Both the position numbers and the translations under genes were made by a program. Below are positions 12,150 to 22,800 of a DNA stretch of 64,000 bases, in pieces (within the stretch, counting starts at the first letter, position 1; every line of letters starts with the position of its first letter). This DNA comes from Octopus vulgaris (taxonomy: Eukaryota), in NCBI GenBank assembly GCA_951406725.2, contig OX597819.1, positions 30,938,001-31,002,000 of the forward strand, in the 5' to 3' direction. The notes under the pieces were generated by a model. It had not been told where the DNA came from and did no database searches. It saw only the letters and a list, made by a program, of their open reading frames with translations.

Positions 12150-14390
12150 ACTTGAACTCAGAACATAAAGATGGGCAAAATGTCACTAAACATTTTGTCT
12201 GGCATGCTAACAATTCTTATTTCTTTATTGCCCACAGGGGGCTAAACACAGTGGGGACAAACAAGGACAGACAAATGGATTAAGTCGATTATATCGACCC
12301 CAGTGCGTAACTGGTACTTAATTTATCGACCCCGAAAGGATGAAAGGCAAAGTCGTCCTCGGCGGAATTTGAACTCAAAACATAACGGCAGACGAAATAC
12401 GGCTACGCATTTCACATGGCTCACTACCTTTCTCTTTTTTTTTTTTTTTTTTTTCATAATAATAATGGGTTCTAATTCAGGAACAAGGCCAACAATTTGA
12501 GGGAAAGGATTAGTAGATACCATCAACTCCAGTACATGACTGAGACTTTATTTTATAGATGCCAGAGGAATAAAAAGCAAAATTGGCTTCAGTGAGATTT
12601 GAACTCATAACATTAACAGCCAGAATAATTGTCTTTTAATAGACCTTAATTTGTTTAGGGGGAATGGTTAGTTAATTAAATCAACCCCAGCGCATGACTG
12701 AAACTTTATTTTATCAACTCAGGAAGGATGGAAGGTGAAGTTGATCTTGCCAGGATTTGAACTACAAACACAAAGTGTCAGAACAAATGTCACCAGACAT
12801 TTTTCTGAAACACTAATAATTCTACCAGATCACTACTTTACTAATAATACTAATCCTGTCTCATTTTGGCACAAAGCCAAAAAATTTGAGGGGTGGGTGC
12901 CGATTACATCAACCCTAGTGCTTGTCTGGTGCTTATTTTATTGACACCAAAAAGATACAAGGCAACACTGACCTCAGCAACATTGTAACACAGAATGTAA
13001 AAATGGATGAAATACCTATTTCTTTATTACCCACAAGGGGCTAAACACAGAGGGGGCAAACAAGGACAGACATAGGTATTAAGTCGATTACATCGACCCC
13101 AGTGCGTAACTGGTACTTAATTTATCGACCTCGGCGGAATTTGAACTCACAATGTAACGCAGACGAAATACCGCTAAGCATTTCGCCTAGCGTGCTAACG
13201 TTTCTGCCAGCTCGCCGCCTAGATGAAATACCACTAAGCATTTTGTCCAGCAGGCTGATGGTTCTGCCAGCTCACCACCTTAATACTAATAATCCTTTCT
13301 ATTATAGGCACAAGGCCTGAAATTTGCAGGGGGGGGGGGCAAGTTGATTACATTGACACCAGTGCATAACTGGTACTTATTTCATCAACCCTGAAAGGAT
13401 GAAAGGCAAAAATTGACCTCGGAACATGCAAACGGATGAAAGGCCGCTCAGTATTTTGCCCAGCATGCTATTGATTCTGCTAGCTCAGCACTTACACAAG
13501 GCCAGCAATTTCAAGAGAGGGATTAAGTCAATTACATCGACCCCAGCTCTCGTATTTATTTTATTGACCCTAAAAGTATGAAAGGCATGCTTGCTGTCTT
13601 AATAATAATAATGATCCTTTCTACTATAGGCACAAGGCCTGAAATTTTGGAGAAGGGAGCTAGGCGATTACATCAACCCCAGTGCATAACTGGTACTTAT
13701 TTCATCGACTCCAAAAGGATGAAACACAAAGTCAACCTTGGTGGAATTTGAACTCAGAACATAGTGATGGGTGAAATACCACGAAGTATTTCATCCAGCA
13801 TGCTAACGATTCTGCCAGCTCGCTGCCTTTATAATAACAATAATAATAATGATAATAATAGTTTCAAATTTTGGCACAAGGCCAGAAATTTTAAGGGAAC
13901 TGTAAATCAATTACATAAACCCCAGTACTTGACTAGTACATTATTTTATCAACCTTTAAGGGATAAAAGGCAAAGTCGACCTCAGAAGTATTTGAACCCA
14001 GAATATAAAGAACAGGAAGAAATGCTATTAAGTATTTTGCCCAATGTACTAATGATTCTGTCAGCTTACCACCATAATAATAATAATAATCCTTTCTTTT
14101 ATAGGCACAAGGCCTGACAGTTTAGAGGAGGGATCTAGTTAGTTGCATCAACTCCAGTGTTCCACTGATACTGATTTTTATCAACCCTGAAAGGATTTTA
14201 AAAGGCAAGGTTGACCTCAACAGCATTTGCACTCAGAACGTAAAGAGCCGGAAGAAATAGTTGTAAGTATTTTGTCCAACAGACTAATAATTCTGCCAGC
14301 TTAATAATGATAATAATAGTTTCTTTTTTTTTACATAGGAACAAGGCCTGACACTTTGGTTAGACTGGTCAATTAAAGCAAACTCCCAGT
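12150..14390 (-). mobile_element. Tandem/nested array of roughly ten tRNA-derived SINEs with a Nin/Deu-like central domain (family B)
   Basis: Repeated minus-strand GAGCTGGCAGAA...GAGTTCAAATTCC...GTCGACTTTGCCTTTCATCCTTTCGGGGTCGATAAATTAAGTACCAG units separated by (AAT)n. Confidence 0.82.
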
Positions 14391-15427
14391 ACTTACGTCC
14401 GCTTTCCATGCTAGCATGGGTTGGACAATTTTGACTGAGGGCTGGCGAACCAGAAGACTGCACCAGGCTCCTATCTTGATTTGGCTGAGTTTCTACAGCT
14501 GGATGCCCTTCCTAATGCCAACCACTCCGAGAGTGTAGTGGGTGCTTTTTACGTGCCACTGGCACGGAGGCCAGTCAGGCAGTACTGGCAACGACCTCGC
14601 TCAAATATTATTAGAATAAAATTCAAATTAGGCAATGAAGCAGCTCTATAGTAAAAATTTTACAAATATGACATAACGTGTCTAGTTGAAAAGCCAGAGG
14701 CTGTGATTTTCATCTGGGAAAGATCCCTTAATAAATAAATAGTGTTAAAAAACAAAATACGGTTCAGAGCTTGATAAAAAGAAATCCCCCCCTGAAGTGA
14801 CAACAGATGGACTCTACTTGTAATTCAAAGCTGTGCTATGTTGATTATGCTAGAGAATTACATTAAGGGCACAAGTATCTTTGAAATATTCAGCCACTTA
14901 CACATTAATTCAAGAGCAGTTAATTCAATTCATTGAAAAATTGAATCTTCATTGGCAAATGATAGAGAACCGTGCACACACACACACACACACACACCAA
15001 TATGTTTTCTACAGTTTAGCTAGAGGAGGGAGGGCAGGACTTGTGAAACTTTTAAGAGCCTCTTTGCCTGAAGGGAGGAAAAGAAGTCATACTCAGGCCA
15101 GGGATTTGAATGTTTGAAACAGAATAAAGAGACTTAACATGGTAGTGTTAATAATGGGAACAGTCTATCTAATGGACTTTCACACAGATTATCCATATCT
15201 TTTATCTGTTTCAGTCATTAGACTGCAGCCATACTGGGGCACAGTCTTGAAGGGCTTTTTTTAGCCACAGTACTTATTCTATCAGTCTCTTTTGTCGAAC
15301 TGCTAAGTGACAGTTACATAAACAAACCAACACCAATTGTCAAGTAGAAGTGGGGAACAGACACACGCACACACACACACACGCACACACACTCATGGTC
15401 TTTTGACAGATGATTATCTATATTTAA

Positions 15428-15791
15428 CTAGCAGTATCGCCCAGCGTTGCTCGGGTTTGTAAGGGAAATAACTATATAAGCATTTTTAGAGATGTAAAGT
15501 ATAATAGCCAGCTCAATATGGCAAACCACAAAGGGGGGGTGTTACTGTAGCTTTTTATGTTCTGAGATTTAATAATACATTTTTAGAGAGTTACTTTCTT
15601 ATATAATAGCAAAAAATGCATTAAAAATGGGAAAAGATTTTTGTAGACGCGTGCTAATACCCAGAAGGGCTCGATATGAATCGAGACTATAAGATACCCG
15701 GTTTTGGTTAAACTGCACCGCAAAATGTGGGAGTAGTTAAGAATCTAAATCGTAGGAGACAGACACACAACTTCACTTTTATATATAAAGA
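15428..15791 (-). mobile_element. Non-autonomous Helitron, copy 1 of a tandem dimer
   Basis: Minus strand: TCTTTATATAT 5' end, CCCGAGCAACGCTGGG hairpin, CTAG^T 3' end. Confidence 0.82.
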
Positions 15792-16185
15792 CTAGCAGTA
15801 TCGCCCGGCGTTGCTCGGGTTTGTAAGGGAAATAATTATATAAGCATTTTTAGAGATGTAAAGTATAATAGCCATCTCAATATGGCTAACCACAAAGGGG
15901 GAGGGGTGTTACTGTAGCTTTTTACGTTCTGAGATTTAATAATAAATTTTAGAGAGTTACTTCCCTTATATATGTCAAAAATGGATTAACAATGGGAAAA
16001 ATTGATGGTAAATTTTTTTTAAATCGTAGACTCATCGTAGACGCGCGCTAATACCCAGACGGTCTCGATATGAATCACGACTATAAGATACCCGGTTTTG
16101 GTTAAACTGCACCGCAAAATGTGGGAGTAGTTAGGAATCTAAATCGTAGGAGACAGACACACAACCTCACTTTTATATATAAAGA
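15792..16185 (-). mobile_element. Non-autonomous Helitron, copy 2 of a tandem dimer
   Basis: A^TCTTTATATAT 5' end, CCCGAGCAACGCCGGG hairpin, CTAG joined directly to the TC of copy 1. Confidence 0.82.
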
Positions 16186-16347
16186 TTTCCTCTATTTACA
16201 TAATATTGAGGTCTCTTTCTTTCTTTTGTTATCTTACTGTTTTTACCAATATATATATATATATATATATAAATATATATATAGTTACAGAGATGTACTT
16301 GCATAGCAAGTGACTTGATCTGAGATCGTGTGCTGGAACGAAAACAG

Positions 16348-16606
16348 TTGCAGCGTTGAAGGTGTTTATAAGCCATTTAAGAAACACACAAAAACCGTTA
16401 GATTCACTTCAACATTTAAATTTAATTTGTCAAAATATTTTCGTCGCTTTGAGACCGCGACCTGTTAGCACGATATTTTTGTCAGTGAACAGGTCGCGGT
16501 CTCAAAGCGACGAAAATATTTTGGCAAATTAAATTTAAATGTTGAAGTGAATGTAACGGTTTTTGTGTGTTTCTTAAATGGCTTACAAACACCTTCCACG
16601 CTGCAA
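16348..16606. repeat. Fold-back (inverted repeat) element in TA microsatellite, probably Penelope pLTR-derived
   Basis: ~119-bp arms (16348-16466 and 16488-16606) with few mismatches and a ~21-bp spacer; contains a hammerhead-like fold. Confidence 0.8.
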
Positions 16607-16967
16607 TATATATATACACACATATATATATATGTATGTATGTATGTGTGTATATGTGTATGCATGTATGTGTGTGTGTGTGCGTGTCTGTGCTTGTGAT
16701 TGTCCTCCACCACTGCTTGACAACGAATGTTGGTTTGTTTACATCCCTGTCACCTAGTGGTTTGACAAAGGAAACAGATAGAATAAGTACAATGCTTACA
16801 AAAATAAAACTGGAGTTGATTCATTAAACTACAATTCTTCAAGGCATTGCCCCAGCATGGCCACAGACCAATGGCTGGAAAAAGCAGGAGAATAAAAGAA
16901 TACATTCTCTGCTTTGGTCTTATGTTCAAGGCATGAGAAAGCTTGAGTTTACATGAGAAGGCCTAAC

Positions 16968-17228
16968 AGACCTGGTAGAAACAGCAGCCAAATCTCCCTC
17001 AAATCACACCTTACTGTCTTATGTATGTATATATATATGAGCCAATGAGGGGGACCTCTACATGGTAGCTAGACCTGGTAGAAATAGCAGCCAAATTTCC
17101 CCCAAATCACACCTTACTGTCTTATCTATGTATATATGTATGAGCCTATGAGGGAGACCCCTACATGGCAGCTAGACATGGTAGAAATAGCAGCCAAATC
17201 TCCCTCAAATCACACCTTACTGTCTTAT
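16968..17228 (+). repeat. 103-bp tandem repeat (~2.5 copies) built on a dispersed motif
   Basis: AGAC(C/A)TGGTAGAAA..GCAGCCAAAT units start at 16968, 17071 and 17174. The motif TAGAAATAGCAGCCAAATCTCCCTCAAATCACA recurs, degenerate, elsewhere (about 7535, 38860, 41005, 45805, 54635, 55335). Confidence 0.8.
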
Positions 17229-17892
17229 CTTTCTGCTACTTGGATATAGGTCTTATATTCATCGTAAAAAACTTTCCTGTCACACACTCACGCACACACA
17301 CACACACACACACACGCACCCTCACACACACACACACGCGCACACACACACACACTGACACACACGCACGTTAGCTTACAATTTTATTTATATATTTGCG
17401 TGTCTATGTGTGGAAAGAGGAAGTGGGAGGCAGAGTGAAAGAATCACTCACTACAGGAAGTGAATTAGTTTCATTTTATTCGTTGCCCACTGTGTGTGTG
17501 CGTTTGCGTGTGGTGTAAACCAGACTAAGAAAAGCATTTGACACACACACCAGAATGTGAGTTTTCTGTAAATTTTGCTTAATTGGAGTTTAAATTTTGA
17601 AAACTGGACCTGGCATGACGCGATGCATTGTACTCTTAAAAATGCTAGGTAAATTGTAATTGAAGAAATCCTATATTGTAGATTTGTATAACTCCCAAAG
17701 GGAGGCAGATAAAATCTGCCTTTTATAATAAGAGATAATACAGCTTCGTTCTGTTTCCATCAACCAAATACACTCACAAGGCTTTTGTCAGCCCAGAACT
17801 ATTGTAGAAGACACTTGCCCAAGTTGCCACACAGTGGGACTGAACCTGGAAACATAGTTGGGAAGCAAACTTCTTATCACACAGCCACATGT

Positions 17893-18279
17893 ACTTACTT
17901 GTACTTGTGGCGACATTCACCCTGGACGGGTTGAGTCGGCTTCTTCTACCACCCTCGAGGCATCTCGAAGAAGTTGGAAGAAGTTTCGTGGGAATATGTG
18001 GATTTCACAAGCGGTCCCCAACAATCCTGCATGTAGAGACATAATGTTTGCCGCAGATTGTCCACAGACACAGGGACAGAATGACCGAGGAGCCACCGGT
18101 TGCCGAAACAGACACTCCAAGGATTTTCCCCAGAGCCCCGTCTGCCGGGATGTGGCCCTAATACCACTCGGTGTCAGACCAATCCGCCTTGGGTGGCCCT
18201 ACCAGGAACCGAAGTTCCCGACGGCATATCTCTGACACTACCCATTGCCAGCGCCCCCACCACGGTGAGGAGGGGATGG
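17893..18279 (-). mobile_element. Short non-autonomous retroposon, probably RTE-related, inserted into a family A SINE head
   Basis: 12-bp TSD ACAGCCACATGT (17881-17892 and 18280-18291), (ACAAGT)n-type tail on the minus strand, GC-rich body with CpGs retained. Confidence 0.7.
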
Positions 18280-18908
18280 ACAGCCACATGTGCACCTTTT
18301 CCATTAACAAAATTTTGACAGCTTGGCACTATGACAGAAGACACACATCCAAGGTACCACACAGTGAGATCAAAATCAATTCTCCCAGTCTTCTCAGTCA
18401 CACAGCAATGCATGCACTTCCAAAGATTCTATGCTGCTACCAAATTTTACAATGATTAACCAACAAACATAAACGTTTTCATTTATGAAATAATTTTTTT
18501 TAAATCAAAATATTCTTTCGGGGTTTTTCTTTACATAATAAACAGTAAAATTATAATTGTTGTGAAGGAATTGTTTGCTAATCTATAATCAATCATTAAG
18601 TTTTGGAAGAATTCCAATCATCTGATATGCAACATTCCAGTCTAGTCAGTTATGTTACTGTCTGTTCCATTATGCAGTTATTGGTAATGAGGAGATGCAT
18701 TAGCAGCACTGCTGATATTGCTGCAAGTTAAGAAATTCGCTTTGCAGCAACAAGGCTTTGAGTTCAATCCTACTGAAAGACACTTCAGATGACTGTCTTC
18801 TTCCATAACCTTTGGTTGAATAAAAACCTTGTAAGTACAATTTAGTAGATAGAAACTGTGTGGAAGCTGTTGGCAGAAATATTCCTGTTCTTGCTTGATT
18901 TAACTTAA

Positions 18909-19129
18909 CCCTTTAGCATTCAAGCCAACCATATCCAACTAAACTATTCTACCTATTTTATGTTCAATCTAACTAGATCAGGCTGTTCACACCTACCCTA
19001 CCATGTCATTCTAAAACTAAACCAATCACATCATCAAAGTCTCAAATTTACACCATAGTAAATGGTTAATTCAAAACAATGTGAATAAATAAGCAATATA
19101 TTTGACAGAAAAACCTGAATACTAAAGGG
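18909..19129. mobile_element. piggyBac-like MITE
   Basis: TTAA|CCCTTTAGCATTC ... GAATACTAAAGGG|TTAA; same family as 33431-33651. Confidence 0.82.
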
Positions 19130-19332
19130 TTAATCTGTCACCCAGTTTAACAACACAACTTGCTCCATGGATATATTTAGCAGACTCTACTCTCTTGTAA
19201 GCACTCTGGTCAAGGCAGTGGTCTAAGTAATACTTCTATCTTTTCTCCACTGCTACCACTTACAAGACTTGCAGACACTGAAGTGAATCATAGAAAGTCC
19301 TTTCCTCTTCTAACAAAATAAAAAAAAAATAA

Positions 19333-19493
19333 TGGCTGTGTGGTAAGTAGCTTGCTTACCAACCACATGGTTCCGGGTTCAGTCCCACTGCATGGCACCT
19401 TGGGCAAGTGTCTTCCACTATAGCCTCGGGCCGACCAAAGCTTTGTGAGTGGATTTGGTAGACAGAAACTGAAAGAAGCCCGCCCGTTGTGTG

Positions 19494-19528
<35 letters not shown>

Positions 19529-19720
19529 ATATGTATATGTATGTGTGTGTGTATGTTTGTGTGTCTGTGTTTGTCCCCATAACTTAGCGGTTCAGCAAAA
19601 GAGACCGATAGAATAAGTACTAGGCTTACAAAGAATAAGTCCTGGGGTCGATTTACTTGACTAAAGGTGGTGCTCCAGCATGGCCACAGTCAAATGACTG
19701 AAACAAGTAAAAGAGTAATA
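19333..19720 (+). mobile_element. tRNA-derived CORE-like SINE with an internal microsatellite (family A)
   Basis: A box TGGCTGTGTGG, B box GGTTCAGTCCC, CACCTTGGGCAAGTGTCTT, internal (TA)n(TG)n, tail ...CAGCATGGCCACAGTCAAATGACTGAAACAAGTAAAAGAG. Many other full or partial copies in the window. Confidence 0.85.
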
Positions 19721-19907
19721 AAATAATAAAAGATATAATAAAATTAATCTAAAAGGAAGACAATAAAATATTACTGCATCGCATCTGCTTTATCAGAGTT
19801 GACAGCAGGCTCAAGAACAACATCAACCTAGACAGCAAGTCACATACAAGTTCAAAGTGACCACAGTACACGCCTCCTCTGAGTTACTACATGAAAGAAT
19901 ATATGAC

Positions 19908-20108
19908 GAGGTGCTGAAAAGTTCCTGGCTTTGGGTAAAAGAAAATACAGGAGGATCAGTTAATTAGGATTTTATTCAACATATTCACACACTTATTGCA
20001 GTGATTCTTCAATTTTTCTAAGCTAAGCCCTGTAAAAAAACTCAAAAGGCTGGGCCTCCAAGCAGACCTTTTGTAATACCCTTAAAGCTAGGAACTTCTC
20101 AGCACCTC
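19908..20108. mobile_element. Mariner-like MITE remnant
   Basis: GAGGTGCTGAAAAGTTCCTGGCTTT versus AAAGCTAGGAACTTCTCAGCACCTC form inverted termini. Confidence 0.65.
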
Positions 20109-20131
20109 TGAGTTCTACAGACCAATATTAA

Positions 20132-20351
20132 CCCTTTCGTTACTGTATTTCTGTTGAGATGCTCTGTGTTTCTTTCAATTACTTTAAATATAACAAAGAA
20201 TTTAGTAAAATAACTTAGTTATCATTCAGCTAGTGTTAGGAACATAAATTGTGACTAAGGTTTGGTGAAAGATTTTAATTCAGAACTTATGAAAACAAGA
20301 CATTTGTACTCAGAGCCAGAGCCGGTTTCAGCCGGGTTGGTAATGAAAGGG
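20132..20351. mobile_element. piggyBac-like MITE (second family)
   Basis: TTAA|CCCTTTCGTTAC ... GTAATGAAAGGG|TTAA. Confidence 0.82.
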
Positions 20352-21204
20352 TTAAGAGTCCTGAAAATGGTGAGCTGGCAGAATCATTAGTGCACAGGGC
20401 AAAGTGTTTGGCAGCATTTTGTCTGTCTTTACATCCTATGTTCAAATGCTACCAAAGTTGACTTTGCCTTTCATCTTTTCAGAGTTGATAAAATAAATAC
20501 CAGTTGAACACCGGAGTTAATATAATTGACTTACTCACTCCTCTAAAACTGTTAAGATTGGATTTATTTACATTTGTGAAGAAAAAAAGATACCCTTCCC
20601 CCCACCCCTAACCCTAACCCTAAAACAGATTGAAATGCAATAGATTGATACTAGGGTCATAATTATGGGTGACAATTTTATATGACACTGCTAGAAAAAA
20701 CTGCCGTTCAAACCAAAAGGATCCAATAAATCTTCTGTGTATGCCCTTGCGCCAAAATTTAAAACCAATATTAAAGAGTCCTGCACAAATACAATATGTT
20801 CTCAGCAAACACAATAAAGTCTTCCCACCAGTCAAAATTAGATATTCCCACAACTATTAAACGTTCCCACCACCATAAAACGTGGCCAAAAAGCACTATT
20901 AAAACTTTTTATCAACCATTGTTACATGTTTCTCTAACCACTCACTACTAAGTGTGCCCAGCAACTACTATTAGGAATTCCTAGTAACTACTCCTTTGTC
21001 TTCTGTCATTAGATTTCAGCCATGCTGGGAACTGCCTTGAAGAATTTTGAGCAAACAAATTGACCCCAGTACTTTTTAGTTAAGCCTGGTATTTTTTTTT
21101 TATTGGTGCCTTTTTGCTGAACAGCTAAGTTATGGAGATGTACACCATCACTCGCCATCAAGTAGTGGAGGGGACAATCACAGACACACACATACATACA
21201 TACA

Positions 21205-21250
<46 letters not shown>

Positions 21251-21252
<2 letters not shown>

Positions 21253-21556
21253 ATATTAATTAGAGACAAAACCACTATTTTGTAAAACAAACAAGGAAAG
21301 ACTATAATACATAAAATTTTAATAAAAGTAAACCGCACTACAATTGTTTCATGTCTTGATTTCGATTTTCAAGTCAGTTTCAAATTATGACTTCATAATT
21401 TGAAACTGACTTGAAAATCAATCCACCTGAAGATTGTCGATCAAGACATGAAACAATTGTAGTGGCGTTTTTTACTTTTTATTAAAATTTTATGTATTGA
21501 TTAAGTCTTTCCTTGTTTGTTTTGCAAAATAGTGGTTTTGTCTCTAATTAATATTA
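21251..21556. repeat. Fold-back element in TA microsatellite with a nested inner palindrome (Penelope pLTR-like)
   Basis: ~110-bp outer arms plus an inner palindrome at 21364-21419; carries a hammerhead motif. Confidence 0.82.
21423..21465 (+). ncRNA. Minimal type I hammerhead ribozyme motif
   Basis: Stem I CCAC/GTGG, core CTGAAGA, stem II TGTC-gatcaa-GACA (U.U at its base), GAAA, palindromic stem III ACAATTGT, GUA cleavage triplet. Confidence 0.72.
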
Positions 21557-21988
21557 TATAATATTTTACTATAAAATTGGATTTAATCCTAAATCTGATT
21601 TTTTTCCCTGTAAATTTGGATTTATTCCCTAATATTTATTATTATATATATATATATATATTTGTCAGAGTTAGACGCCATGATAGATCGTTAGCCACTA
21701 CACACATTTTTTTTCTCTCCTTGTTTTTTCTGTGCACCTTTCTGTAGAAGAGCATAGGCTCGAAACATAAAAGACTTTTTCTATTCCTAAGCACTATACT
21801 AATACATCTGTTTGTTTGTACACCACCTGTCTTCTTTTTTTGTTTTTTTTTTCGTAAACTTTCCCTATATATATATATATATATATATAGTTAATCCAAA
21901 CATGAAAACACAAAGAGAAAACACAACAACGTGAGGACATGGAACAAGTATAGTGTTATTAGATGCTCAGGAAAGGAAAGAAAGGAGG

Positions 21989-22024
21989 ATTTAACGTTTC
22001 AAGTGGAGCTCTTCGTCAGAAACA
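21989..22024 (-). ncRNA. Minimal type I hammerhead motif (partly decayed)
   Basis: Minus strand gttt-CTGACGA-agagctccactt-GAAA-cgtt-aaat with palindromic AACGTT stem III. Confidence 0.55.
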
Positions 22025-22429
22025 TAGGAAGAGGAAAGATCCAAGGAAGGGAAGACGGGGGGAAAAAAATTGCCAACGATACACACATGATCCTACACAC
22101 ACACACACATATATATATATATGAAACGATTGTACTACACTACCTTTGGATGTCCTTGTTGCTTATTTTGATTATAATCACCCCATTTGATTTATATGGA
22201 TAATACCATACTAAATTCTGGTGTCTTTAACTTAAGTACCATATTCATCTGGATCTAAATTTTTGCTGAACTTTATATATATATATGTATACAATGGGCT
22301 TCTTTCAGTTTCTGTCTACCAAATCCATTCACAAGGCTTGAATGATGTGGATGGAAAGCAACCACATGATGTGGTTGGGAAGTAAACTTCTTACCACAAA
22401 GACACCCCTGCACCTACCATTCCCACCAA

Positions 22430-22800
22430 CTACCATTAACTGTACCCACTAACTTTCATTATGTGCTTCTACCAACTGCTATTTGACATGTACCCACCAA
22501 CTACTATCAAATGTTATCACCAACTACTATTAAATGTTATCACCAACTACTATCAAATGTTATCACCAACTACTATCAAATGTTATCACCAACTACTATT
22601 AAATGTTATCACCAACTACTATTAAATGTTATCACCAACTACTACAAAGTGTTCCCACAAGCCACTATCAAGTGTTTCTACCACCAACCACTACTATAAC
22701 CTTTGTTCCTGCCACTATTAAGTGTTGGTGAGAAAGGTTTCCACTTAATGTTCCCACCAATAACTATTGAGTGTTCTCATTAACTACTATAATGAGTTCT
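22430..22800 (+). repeat. 23-bp minisatellite (CTACTATYAAATGTTATCACCAA)
   Basis: About six near-perfect copies at about 22495-22645 with degenerate flanks; a related degenerate tract lies at about 20800-20990. Confidence 0.88.

Noticed and set aside
20600-20625. Telomere or chromosome-fusion relic
   Set aside because: The CCCTAA units are internal to a dispersed MITE family
22430-22800. 23-bp repeat as a CRISPR array or repeat protein
   Set aside because: Contiguous minisatellite with no spacers; period is not a multiple of three
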